Below, piece by piece: positions 44,261-54,664 of a stretch of DNA of 64,000 bases. Below the pieces are notes generated by a model. That model was not told the DNA's origin. It saw only the letters and a list, made by a program, of their open reading frames with translations, and did no database searches. This DNA comes from a virus, in IMG/VR virus record IMGVR_UViG_3300046167_000888; one strand, written 5' to 3'. The position numbers were made by a program, and so were the translations under genes. Numbering within the stretch: position 1 is the first letter of the stretch; each line of letters starts with the position of its first letter.

Positions 44261-47200
44261 ATGCCAAATTGGAAAAAAGTAATAGTTTCAGGAAGTGATG
44301 CCTCCCTAAACAATATCTCAAGTGAAAATATAACAGTAGAATCTACTGTTACTTCTTTAAATGTTAATACCACAAACATTTCAGCATCAAAATATTTTGT
44401 AGAACCAACAGGTTCAGGTTCAGTACCTGCAAAATCTTACCAAATTCCATTTGTTGATACATCTTCAGCAGACAATTATGGCGGCTTATATAAAGATAAT
44501 CAATCCAAATTAGAGTGGACACCAGCAGGTGAATTAACTGTAATTGGAAATATTGTTGCTGGTGGAACAGGATTCATAACTGGTAGTAATGTTAATGCAT
44601 CAACAAATGTAACAGTAGGTGGTCAAACCAATACTGCTAATTTAAGAATTAACTCAATCCCAACAGGTTCAGATCAAAATAAAATTGTAGTTGTTGGAGA
44701 TGATGGTAGTACATTTTTTAGAACAAATTTATCATTAACAGGTGCTCAAGGAGCAACTGGACAACAAGGTTTAACAGGTGCAATAGGACCAAAAGGAGCA
44801 CAAGGTGATAAAGGTGCAATAGGACCACTTGGTCCTCAAGGTAACGCAGGTAATGATGGTGATGATGGAGCACAAGGTACAACAGGACAAAAAGGTGTAA
44901 CAGGACCATTAGGACCTCAAGGTAATAAAGGTGATGTAGGACCTCTTGGACCACAAGGTAATCAAGGTGTTCAAGGTACAACCGGACAAAAAGGTGTAAC
45001 TGGACCACTTGGACCTCAAGGAAATCAAGGTAATGCAGGTAATGATGGAGCTCAAGGTACAACTGGAGCAACAGGACCTTTAGGACCACAAGGAAATCAA
45101 GGAAATACAGGACCACAAGGTAATGTAGGACCAACTGGTGATGATGGTGAAAAAGGTGATACTGGTGCTCAAGGCACAACAGGACCACTTGGACCTCAAG
45201 GTAATCAAGGTAATCAAGGTAACGTTGGACCAACAGGAGCACAAGGTGCAGTAGGAGCACAAGGAGATACAGGACCAACAGGTGCAACCGGATTACAAGG
45301 AACAACAGGTGCATTAGGACCAATTGGACCTCAAGGTAACCAAGGTAACCAAGGTGTACAAGGTACAAATGGAGAAAAAGGAGCAACAGGACCATTAGGA
45401 CCTCAAGGTAATCAAGGTATTCAAGGACAAAAAGGTGAAACAGGACCACTTGGACCACAAGGTAATGCAGGTAATGATGGAGCTCAAGGTACAACCGGAG
45501 CAACAGGACCTTTAGGACCACTTGGACCACAAGGTAATCAAGGTAACCAAGGTGTACAAGGTGCAACAGGACCACAAGGAACTAAAGGACAAAAAGGTGA
45601 AGTAGGAGCTAAAGGTGATACAGGACCTCAAGGATCTAAAGGTTCAACAGGACCATTAGGACCTCAAGGTAACCAAGGTGCACAAGGTACAACAGGTACA
45701 ACAGGACCTCTTGGACCACAAGGTAACGTAGGACCAGCAGGTACAGATGGAGATAAAGGTGCAATAGGACCAACAGGTGCTCAAGGAAATCAAGGTAACC
45801 AAGGTATACAAGGTACAACTGGACAAAAAGGTGCAACTGGACCTTTAGGACCACAAGGTAATCAGGGTAACCAAGGTATACAAGGTATAACAGGTGCAAC
45901 AGGACCTCTTGGACCACAAGGTAATCAAGGAAATACAGGACCAACAGGTGCTCAAGGAACAACAGGTGCATTAGGACCAATTGGACCTCAAGGTAACGTT
46001 GGACCAACAGGAGCACAAGGTAATGCAGGTAATGATGGTGAAAAAGGTTTAAAAGGTGAAGTAGGGGCACAAGGTAATAAAGGTGCAACAGGACCATTAG
46101 GACCTCAAGGTAATATAGGTAATGTAGGACCTCAAGGTGAAAAAGGTGCAACAGGACCTCAAGGAAATACAGGTGCTCAAGGTAATCAAGGTAACCAAGG
46201 TAACGTTGGTGTACAAGGTACCACAGGTGCTCAAGGTAACGTAGGACCTGAAGGACAAAAAGGACCACAGGGTACAACAGGTACAACAGGACCACAAGGT
46301 AACCAAGGTAATAAAGGTGCTACGGGACCATTAGGACCATTAGGACCTCAAGGTAATCAAGGAAATACAGGACCACAAGGTAATAAAGGACAAAAAGGTG
46401 AAATAGGTGCTCAAGGTACAGATGGTAACTTCGGTGGTAACTCATTCGATTATACATTTGATACAAGTACAACAGCAGGAGATCCAGGCCAAGGTAAAAT
46501 AAGATTATCATCAACAAATCAAAATACTTCACTTGAAGGATATATTGATGCAACAGATGATGATGGGAAACGATATTCAATCAACACTTGAAACATTAGA
46601 TAGTGTTACTTCAGCTATTAAAGGTCACATTAGAATCTCAAATAGAACAGATGCAACACAATTCTTAACATTCGCAATTACAGATCTTCAAGATCAAGGT
46701 GATTGGTGGCAGTTAGATTTAACTAATGAAGCAAGTTCAGCAACATCACCATTCTCAAATAACGAAGATATTATTTGTTCATTTGTAGCAGTAGGTGATA
46801 AAGGAGATAAAGGACAAAAAGGACAAACTGGAGCAGTAGGACCAACAGGACCACAAGGTAACGTAGGACCAACAGGACCACAAGGAAATAAAGGACAAAA
46901 AGGTGAAGTAGGAGCTCAAGGTAACGTAGGACCTCAAGGTAACGTAGGTGCTCAAGGAGCTACTGGTTCAACTGGTGCTCAAGGAAATAAAGGTAGCTTA
47001 GGACCACAAGGTAATGTTGGTGCTCAAGGAGCTACTGGAGCAATTGGACCACAAGGTAATACAGGTGCACAGGGTAATGTTGGACCAACAGGACCTCAAG
47101 GAAATAAAGGTGCAACAGGACCTCAAGGTAATACAGGTGCTCAAGGTGCAACAGGACCTCAAGGTAACCAAGGTAATCAAGGTAATGTAGGACCAACAGG

Positions 47201-48711
47201 ACCACAGGGTGAAAAAGGTGCGATAGGACCACAAGGTAACTGTAGGACCTAAAGGACCACAAGGTGGACAAGGTAATACAGGTGCACAAGGTGCTACTGG
47301 AGCTGTAGGACCAATTGGACCACAAGGTAACGTTGGACCTCAAGGAAATAAAGGACAAAAAGGTGCTGCAGGTACAAATGGAAATAAAGGAGCTCAAGGA
47401 GCTACAGGATCAACAGGACCACAAGGTAATGTAGGACCAACAGGACCTCAAGGTAACGTAGGACCTAAAGGACCACAAGGTGGACAAGGTAATACAGGAC
47501 CTACAGGTGCACAGGGTGCAACTGGAGCAATTGGACCTCAGGGTAATACAGGACCACAAGGTGGAATTGGACCTCAAGGTAATAAGGGACAAAAAGGACA
47601 AACAGGTGCACAAGGTAATGTAGGACCACAAGGTAACGTTGGACCAACTGGTGCACAAGGTGCTACAGGATCAACAGGACCTCAAGGTAACGTAGGACCA
47701 ACAGGACCTAAAGGACCACAAGGTAATGTAGGACCAGCAGGTAATAATGGAAATAAAGGAGCTCAAGGAGCTACAGGATCAACAGGACCACAAGGTGGTA
47801 CAGGACCACAAGGTGGAATTGGACCTCAAGGTAATAAAGGACAGAAAGGTCAAACAGGAGCACAAGGTAACGTAGGACCTGTAGGACCAACTGGAGCACA
47901 AGGTGCGACAGGACCTCAAGGTAACGTTGGACCTCAAGGTAACGTTGGACCACAAGGTAACAAGGGTCAAAAAGGACAAACTGGTGCTCAAGGTAACGTA
48001 GGACCTGTAGGACCTCAGGGTAATACAGGACAAAAAGGTCAAAAAGGTCAAACAGGTGCTCAAGGTAACGTTGGACCAATTGGACCAATTGGAAATGTAG
48101 GACCAACTGGACCTAAAGGACCACAAGGTAACGTAGGACCTCAAGGTAATAAAGGACAAAAAGGTGCCACTGGTGGACAAGGTAACGTAGGACCTGTAGG
48201 ACCTGTAGGACCAACAGGACCTCAAGGTAATAAGGGACAAAAAGGTCAAAAAGGACAAACAGGTGGACAAGGTAACGTAGGACCTGTAGGACCAGTAGGA
48301 CCAGTAGGACCATCAGGAGGATTTACTACAAACTCAAATGCTCAAGTAAATAGTTTAGGTGTTGGAGTTTCAGCCTCAGGTACAGCAGGTACAATTAGAG
48401 CTACAAATGATATTATTTCATATTACTCATCAGATAATAGATTAAAAGATGTAAAAGGTTTAGTTGAAAATGCATTAGAAAAAGTAATACAATTAAATGG
48501 TGTACAATTCGATTGGATAGCTAAAGAAGGTATACATGAAAATACAGGACACGATATAGGAATTATAGCACAAGAAATTGAAGCATTCTTCCCAGAAATT
48601 GTAGTAACAAGACCAAATGGATATAAAGCGGTTAAATATGAAAAATTAGTAGCAGTACTTATTGAAGCAATAAAAGATTTGAACGAAAAAATAGAAAAAT
48701 TAAATAAATAA
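44261..48711 (+). CDS. Collagen-like fibre protein C (~1480 aa) with C-terminal Peptidase_S74 chaperone; +1 frameshifts at ~46566 and ~47241
   Basis: Two long Gly-X-Y blocks, one globular insert, SSDNRLKD...GIIAQEIE...[18 protein letters not shown]; the last segment lacks its own ATG, so it is absent from the ORF track. Confidence 0.85.
44741..48316 (+). repeat. Collagen Gly-X-Y coding repeats C (~44741-46424 and ~46794-48316)
   Basis: [18 protein letters not shown] triplets. Confidence 0.9.
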
Positions 48712-48714
48712 AAA

Positions 48715-49257
48715 ATGGGTTTACTAATAACAGGGTCTTTTAAAGACATGAACGAAGCAACATATGATAGCTTATATTGTAGAATTGACCATTATCAACT
48801 AATAAAATCATTAGGATATGTGGCTACTACAATTGGATATTATGTTTCTAAAGAAGCATCCGAACCGATGTTTCCTACATATCAAGAAGATTATCATGAC
48901 TCAGACGCTAGTGGTTTTGTAGCAGGTGTAATTAATACTTCAACTGAAACTGAATTTGCAGCTGATCATTATATTGAATTTCCGTTAACACAAAGTGAAC
49001 AAGTTGTAGTAACTACATATTCATCTTCTTTTGAAGATAGATTAGTTGATTATATTGATTATGATGATGACGGAAATGAAGTCACAAAACAAAGAAATCA
49101 AAAAATTGAAATTATTACAACGGGTAGTGAAGAAGTTACTAAATCTAGAATTAATATGGATTTAATAACAGGAAGCGCTTATGAATATGCCTATAATCAG
49201 TTAAAATCTCGTTTAATAGAAACATACGGTGACAATAATGTTAATGATTTAATATAA
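48715..49257 (+). CDS. Fibre-associated small protein
   Basis: MGLLITGS start and YEYAYNQLK end; follows the fibre gene. Confidence 0.65.
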   Translation: MGLLITGSFKDMNEATYDSLYCRIDHYQLIKSLGYVATTIGYYVSKEASEPMFPTYQEDYHDSDASGFVAGVINTSTETEFAADHYIEFPLTQSEQVVVTTYSSSFEDRLVDYIDYDDDGNEVTKQRNQKIEIITTGSEEVTKSRINMDLITGSAYEYAYNQLKSRLIETYGDNNVNDLI

Positions 49258-49264
49258 ACAACAT

Positions 49265-50083
49265 ATGTATTTTGGATCTTTTGGAAATAATAATTTAAAA
49301 TTAAGAGGAAACAATTCAGGTACTTTAATGCCTTGTGATTGTCAAGGATTTTTTAACAATGCCTTTGTTGCTTGTTTTTCTTGGCCATATTGGAACAATA
49401 CTAACATTAATCAAGGATGTAGTAGTTGGACAGCTTATTTATTACCTTGTGTAGGTAATGCAATAGTAAATGTAGGAACAGCGCCATCATCAACTAATGC
49501 TCAATCTTCTCGTGTACGAAATCAAGATAGACCTTTTGGAATTAATTTACATGGTGTAACAAATGCTGAAAAAGTTTCATTTACAAATTGGAACCCTATA
49601 ACCACTGTTGGTACTCTTCAAGGATATCAAAATGTAGGATTATCTAATAGATCTAATTTTGTTGGTATTAATGTTATTATGACTTATGGGTATACTTTTG
49701 GAGGTTGGAGAGCAAATACCGCTTCGGGTGGTTTAATTACTTTGTCTCAAGCTACTAATTTATATACCACAGGTACTTATGGAAGTACTGATTTTAGAGA
49801 TTTAAATGATGTATTTTCATCAGTTTTCTCTGATAGAAGATTAAAAGAAAATATTAGATGTATAGGTAAATCAAAATCAGGAATTAACATTTATACTTGG
49901 AACTATAAAAATCCAGAAAAATTTGGATATGGTACATACCAAGGAGTAATGGCTCAAGAAGTACCTCATGCTACAGTACAACATCCTAATGGATATTTAG
50001 CAGTAAATTATTCTAAAACAGACGTTACATTTAAAAAGTTATATGAAAGCAATTTGGGTAATAGAAAACGTCAAGAAGGATAA
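49265..50083 (+). CDS. Cys-containing protein with C-terminal Peptidase_S74-like domain
   Basis: FSDRRLKENI..IGKSKSGINIYTWNY...GVMAQEV...GYLAVNYS. Confidence 0.8.
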   Translation: MYFGSFGNNNLKLRGNNSGTLMPCDCQGFFNNAFVACFSWPYWNNTNINQGCSSWTAYLLPCVGNAIVNVGTAPSSTNAQSSRVRNQDRPFGINLHGVTNAEKVSFTNWNPITTVGTLQGYQNVGLSNRSNFVGINVIMTYGYTFGGWRANTASGGLITLSQATNLYTTGTYGSTDFRDLNDVFSSVFSDRRLKENIRCIGKSKSGINIYTWNYKNPEKFGYGTYQGVMAQEVPHATVQHPNGYLAVNYSKTDVTFKKLYESNLGNRKRQEG

Positions 50084-50921
50084 TTCCTTTTATGATGAAT
50101 TTAAATTAGTTATGTTATTTGCTTCCGTAAGTTTATGGAAGAAATATCATCCTGAACATACTACAATTCTATATTGTGATGAAATGACAGAAAAATATCT
50201 GTCTAATCTTAATGTATTTCCATTATGGGATCAAATTAAACATTTATCTTATCCTGAAAAAATTAATCGAGAAATATTTTGGTCAAGTTGTAAAACAAAA
50301 ATTATAAGTGAAGCAACGGAACCTATAGTAGTTATAGATCATGATTTTTTAATATTCACTAATATAGATGAACATTTAAAAGAAAAAGTATTATATACTC
50401 ATGAAGAACAAGCTTATCCTTGGTACCCAGCTAAAGAAGATAGGTATTGTGCTCGTTTATCTAAACCTTCCCCTTATGAATTAGATTTAGCAGCTAATGT
50501 ATCATTATTTTATTTACCTGATCCTAAATTTGCTAAAATGTATGGTGAATGGGTGTTACAAAATCACGAAGAATTTACTATAATGGATTTTGAAGGTATG
50601 GATCCTAATTATATGATTTATTCAGAACAACTAATGTTAAAACAACTATTAGTTAGGGATAATATCCCACATAATACGTTAACAATCAACGTATTTGACA
50701 ATAAAAAACAAATATTTACTGATGCAATTAATTTATATGGTATTTGGAATCGTGAAGAATCTCCATTACATTATAGACACTATGGGTTTGATAAACGTCT
50801 TTTACAAGATGATAAAGACGAATTATCTTATTTATATAGATGTATAAATGCAAGTAAAAAAATTAACGTTAAGTTATTAAAAGAAAAAATTCATGAAAGC
50901 AATTCACGTAAATTGGACTAA
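50043..50921 (+). CDS. GT-A-fold nucleotide-sugar transferase-like protein (DUF6734-like), paralog 1
   Basis: LWKK..LYCD, FWSSCK, VIDHD (DxD), SEQ motifs. Confidence 0.55.
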   Translation: MKAIWVIENVKKDNSFYDEFKLVMLFASVSLWKKYHPEHTTILYCDEMTEKYLSNLNVFPLWDQIKHLSYPEKINREIFWSSCKTKIISEATEPIVVIDHDFLIFTNIDEHLKEKVLYTHEEQAYPWYPAKEDRYCARLSKPSPYELDLAANVSLFYLPDPKFAKMYGEWVLQNHEEFTIMDFEGMDPNYMIYSEQLMLKQLLVRDNIPHNTLTINVFDNKKQIFTDAINLYGIWNREESPLHYRHYGFDKRLLQDDKDELSYLYRCINASKKINVKLLKEKIHESNSRKLD

Positions 50922-51882
50922 ACCTTTCTTTAATAGAGATAGGTTAAGAGGTCATGGATTTGAATCTACAAAACAATTAAAATCTAACACATACGATCAA
51001 CTTGACCATCAAATATTATACACAATGCTATCAGCAGTGTATTGGAAAAAATATAATGGCCCAATTAAATTGTATACTGATTCAGTTGGTGCTTCATTTT
51101 ATCAAAGATTTGGTTTATTAGATTTATATGATGAAATAGATATAAAATATTTAAATAATTACTCTAAATCAGACATAGATGCTGCTTATTTTTGGACTAG
51201 TGGTAAAATAAAATGTTTAGCCCATCAAACTGAACCTTTTGTTTTTTTAGATCAAGATATGATTGTTAAACAACCACTACCTGAATGGGTAAGAACAAAT
51301 GATTTAACAATTGCTCATTGGGAAATAGGTAGAGGTTATTATTATTTTGATAGAGAAAAATGGGAAAGAGAAATTACTCATATACCATGGATTGAAAATT
51401 ACAACTCAGATGATTGGTCACCTAATACATCATTTCTGTGTTTTAATAACATGGAATTACTTAAAGAATATCATAATTGGCATAAGTATTTAGTAAAAAC
51501 AGAACCATATTATAATATACCAGAATGGTATTGGTTATTAACAGACCAAGGTATTTTAGGTCATATTATTAGAGAAAACGATTATAATATAAATACGTTA
51601 ACTCAAAAAATATCATTATCACATCATAATACAATTGATACAGCAACTAGATATAAAGGTAAAGCTGAAAAATGGTATAATGTAGTTGACCCAGATTATG
51701 ATGAAATAAATGATGAACCAAAAGAAGTTAGATTTGAGCATGTTTGGTTAGATAAAATTAATATTCAAAATTTACAAACAGATAGATGGTTTAAAGAATT
51801 AGTTGAAGATTTTGATTGTAGTAAATATCTTACAGATATAAGATGGAATAAACATTGGAAAAATTACCATGAAAATAATTAG
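50893..51882 (+). CDS. GT-A-fold nucleotide-sugar transferase-like protein (DUF6734-like), paralog 2
   Basis: YWKK..LYTD, FWTSGK, FLDQD (DxD), NTSF, TDQ motifs. Confidence 0.55.
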   Translation: MKAIHVNWTKPFFNRDRLRGHGFESTKQLKSNTYDQLDHQILYTMLSAVYWKKYNGPIKLYTDSVGASFYQRFGLLDLYDEIDIKYLNNYSKSDIDAAYFWTSGKIKCLAHQTEPFVFLDQDMIVKQPLPEWVRTNDLTIAHWEIGRGYYYFDREKWEREITHIPWIENYNSDDWSPNTSFLCFNNMELLKEYHNWHKYLVKTEPYYNIPEWYWLLTDQGILGHIIRENDYNINTLTQKISLSHHNTIDTATRYKGKAEKWYNVVDPDYDEINDEPKEVRFEHVWLDKINIQNLQTDRWFKELVEDFDCSKYLTDIRWNKHWKNYHENN

Positions 51883-52615
51883 AGTACTTTGGGGTAATAA
51901 TATAAACCATGAGATACCTCCATGTCCATTATTGGAAAATGAAGTTGTTTATGTATGGGGGGATGAAAACAATCAAATGATGATTGATAGAGGATGGGAA
52001 ACTAGACCTTATAATACTAATTTTATATTTGAAGGTAAATATAATGCATTTGGTAAAAAATTACTTGCATTAAAAGAAGCAATGGAAGAATTTGGTGAGG
52101 TATTATTACTAGATTGGGATTGTTATTTAATAAAACCTTTAGATGAAAAATTTTATAACACGTTAAAAACTAAACCGGTACAAATTCCTCTTTACATTCA
52201 ACATAAAGATACTAAAGATGCTATATTAGAAATTTTACCGCCAAACCAAAGTATTGAATTACAAAAAGAATTAGATATATTAGGAAAAGGATTTAAAAAA
52301 TATGGTTGGGAATGGGAAGATGGATATGTAGCTCCTAATTTTGGTTTTGTATATTGTAGAGATAAAGATTTTGCTCAAAAATTATATGATATAGCAATTA
52401 ATCATAATTTACAAACTGTAGTAGATGAGTTTGCTACATTAATACAGGTTGATTGTACATTAGAAGAATATATAGAAAAATATTTACCTACTGTATTAAG
52501 AGGTTCTAGCAATGATAAATTTATTTTTGATGCTAGATTACATAAATTAGGAAAAAAATTCAATGATTACATTGATACTATAACAAAAATAACACCTTAT
52601 TTTAATCATGTCTAA
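51869..52615 (+). CDS. Putative GT-A-like transferase, paralog 3
   Basis: GKKL..L, LLDWDC (DxD), PNFGFVY, DE motifs. Confidence 0.5.
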   Translation: MKIIRVLWGNNINHEIPPCPLLENEVVYVWGDENNQMMIDRGWETRPYNTNFIFEGKYNAFGKKLLALKEAMEEFGEVLLLDWDCYLIKPLDEKFYNTLKTKPVQIPLYIQHKDTKDAILEILPPNQSIELQKELDILGKGFKKYGWEWEDGYVAPNFGFVYCRDKDFAQKLYDIAINHNLQTVVDEFATLIQVDCTLEEYIEKYLPTVLRGSSNDKFIFDARLHKLGKKFNDYIDTITKITPYFNHV

Positions 52616-53396
52616 ATTAAAATTTATAAGAACTTGGTGGGGGGACCAACAAGATAAATGGTTAGAAGTCCCCAAAATACCTTTAATATCATCTGAAGAT
52701 GAAATTGTATATGTTTGGGGTAAGGAAAATTTAAATAAATTTAAAGAAAGAGGATACAATTGTGTCTTAATGAAAGAAGATGAATTTAGTGGAAAAAGTA
52801 TTTATGGAAAAAAATTAACCGTTTTAAATAAAGCATTAAAAGAATGGGGTGAAGTATTAATGTTAGATTGGGATTGTTATTTATCATCACCTCTAGATGA
52901 TAATTTTTATACAATGTTATCTAAAAAACCTATACAAATACCATTATATGCTCATCATAAAGAACCTGATGTAGCATTATTAGAAGCAATTCCAGATGAC
53001 CATCCAATTCTTCAATCAGAAAAAACATATATTGAGTTAATAACTAATTTAGAATCAATAGCATTAGAAATTCCTAAATATCATTGGGAATGGAATGAAA
53101 ATTTAATTATTCCTAATTTTGGTTGTGTTTATTCTAGAGATATAAATTTAGGAGAAGATTTAATTAAAATAGCTAAAGAAAATAATATAAAAGGATTAGT
53201 AGAAGAATTTGCAATGTGGAAATACGCTAATTGTACATTAGAAGAATACATTGAACATTACCATCCTGATTATGTATTAGGCGTATCAGATGATAGATTA
53301 AAAGACCAAGAATATAGTATTAGTATAATACAAAAAGAATTTAATAAAGAAATAAAAACTAAAATTAATTTAAAACAATATTTTAATCATGTATAA
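52608..53396 (+). CDS. Putative GT-A-like transferase, paralog 4 (tandem duplicate of 51869)
   Basis: VYVWG, GKKL, MLDWDC, PNFG, CTLEEYIE and YFNHV shared with the upstream gene. Confidence 0.5.
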   Translation: MSKLKFIRTWWGDQQDKWLEVPKIPLISSEDEIVYVWGKENLNKFKERGYNCVLMKEDEFSGKSIYGKKLTVLNKALKEWGEVLMLDWDCYLSSPLDDNFYTMLSKKPIQIPLYAHHKEPDVALLEAIPDDHPILQSEKTYIELITNLESIALEIPKYHWEWNENLIIPNFGCVYSRDINLGEDLIKIAKENNIKGLVEEFAMWKYANCTLEEYIEHYHPDYVLGVSDDRLKDQEYSISIIQKEFNKEIKTKINLKQYFNHV

Positions 53397-53982
53397 AGTA
53401 AAAGTAATATCACTTAAAAGACGTGAAGATAGACGTGCTCATATGGCTCATATGTTTCAACATATAAATTTTGAATTTGTTGACGCTTTAGATGGGCAAA
53501 CATATAATTTAACAGAATTTGATAAAGAATTTATTGAAGGTAATGATTATGAAAAACATGGAATACACATCCCATCTTTAGTTTGTGCTAATTATACACA
53601 TTTAAATTTGTTAGATGAATGTTCAAAACAAGATCAACCTTATTTTATATTTGAAGATGATGTTGAAATGACTGGAGCTAAAGCTCCTGATTTATATTTT
53701 GAAGCATTAGCTTCAGTTGAAGATTTAGATGCTTTTTGGTTTATTCCTAATGAACCAAGTATTGCCGCTTATATAGTATGGCCAAAGGGTGCTAAAAAAA
53801 TGATTGATTATGTAAATAATGTTTCTAAATTAAAAAGAGGTTTAGATTGGGCATTTTGGGATTTAAGAAAATCTAAAGATTTCCGTGCGGATCAATCAAA
53901 AGAAGCGTATTTTAAACATGACCCTGGAAAAGACTCTGATATCACAACAATAGAAAACTATGATATTTCATCCGACAAATAA
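53389..53982 (+). CDS. Glycosyltransferase family 25
   Basis: VISLKRREDRR, FVDALDG, CANYTH, IFEDD, AYIV..GAKK motifs. Confidence 0.85.
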   Translation: MYKVKVISLKRREDRRAHMAHMFQHINFEFVDALDGQTYNLTEFDKEFIEGNDYEKHGIHIPSLVCANYTHLNLLDECSKQDQPYFIFEDDVEMTGAKAPDLYFEALASVEDLDAFWFIPNEPSIAAYIVWPKGAKKMIDYVNNVSKLKRGLDWAFWDLRKSKDFRADQSKEAYFKHDPGKDSDITTIENYDISSDK

Positions 53983-54664
53983 GGAAAATATATTTCATTT
54001 AGCTCCTATACCAGTTTATAAAAGGAGATATGTAGATTGTCCTGTTACTAAAAAAATAAATAAACTTGGGTTTAAAATTTTAACTCAAGAACAAAAAAGA
54101 ATGGGTCAAGAATTACCTGGTCAATATGATAAACATAGACAAGATAATTATGAAATTAATTATGATTATCAAGAAGAATGGGTTGAAGATCATGAATTAC
54201 AACCTATAGGAAGTAGATTTTTTGTTGAACCTAATAACTTTTTAACTGAATGGGGATACAAACCAGAAAAAAACACAGGTAATAAAGATGTAGATGTTAT
54301 TACTCGAAGAATAAAAGCGGGTTTTAAAGAACTAACAGGTAAAGATGGAGAAGTAACTGAAAGTTGGGCTCAATATTATGAACCAACTGCAGGTAGAGGA
54401 CATAATGCTCATAATCATAATAGATGGCAACATAAAGAAGAAAAACCTTTAATGTACTCTGGTGGTTATTATTTAGATGATGGTGATCCTTTAAAAGATC
54501 ATCCTTACAGTGGTGCTTTTGCTTTTCATATAGGAGGAAAAAAACATTATATTAGACCTAGAGAAGGGATGTTATTAATTTGGCCACATGATATTATTCA
54601 CTCAGTAGAACCATTTTATGGTAATAGACATAGAGCAGTAATTAATTTTAATATACAAGCATGA
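53960..54664 (+). CDS. 2OG-Fe(II) oxygenase (TIGR02466-like)
   Basis: SW, HNH, SGGYY, PREGMLLIWP..HSV.P, R.VINFN motifs. Confidence 0.8.
   Translation: MIFHPTNKENIFHLAPIPVYKRRYVDCPVTKKINKLGFKILTQEQKRMGQELPGQYDKHRQDNYEINYDYQEEWVEDHELQPIGSRFFVEPNNFLTEWGYKPEKNTGNKDVDVITRRIKAGFKELTGKDGEVTESWAQYYEPTAGRGHNAHNHNRWQHKEEKPLMYSGGYYLDDGDPLKDHPYSGAFAFHIGGKKHYIRPREGMLLIWPHDIIHSVEPFYGNRHRAVINFNIQA

Noticed and set aside
32543-48316. CRISPR array or DGR template/variable repeats
   Set aside because: The repeats are in-frame coding triplets with synonymous variation. There is no constant repeat with unique spacers, no adenine-specific mismatched pair was seen, and the window has no reverse transcriptase.
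32583-48749. Numerous antisense and alternate-frame ORFs (Leu/His/Cys/Ser-rich) over the collagen genes
   Set aside because: Shadow frames produced by 9-nt periodic Gly-X-Y codons; they have no start signals or protein-like composition.
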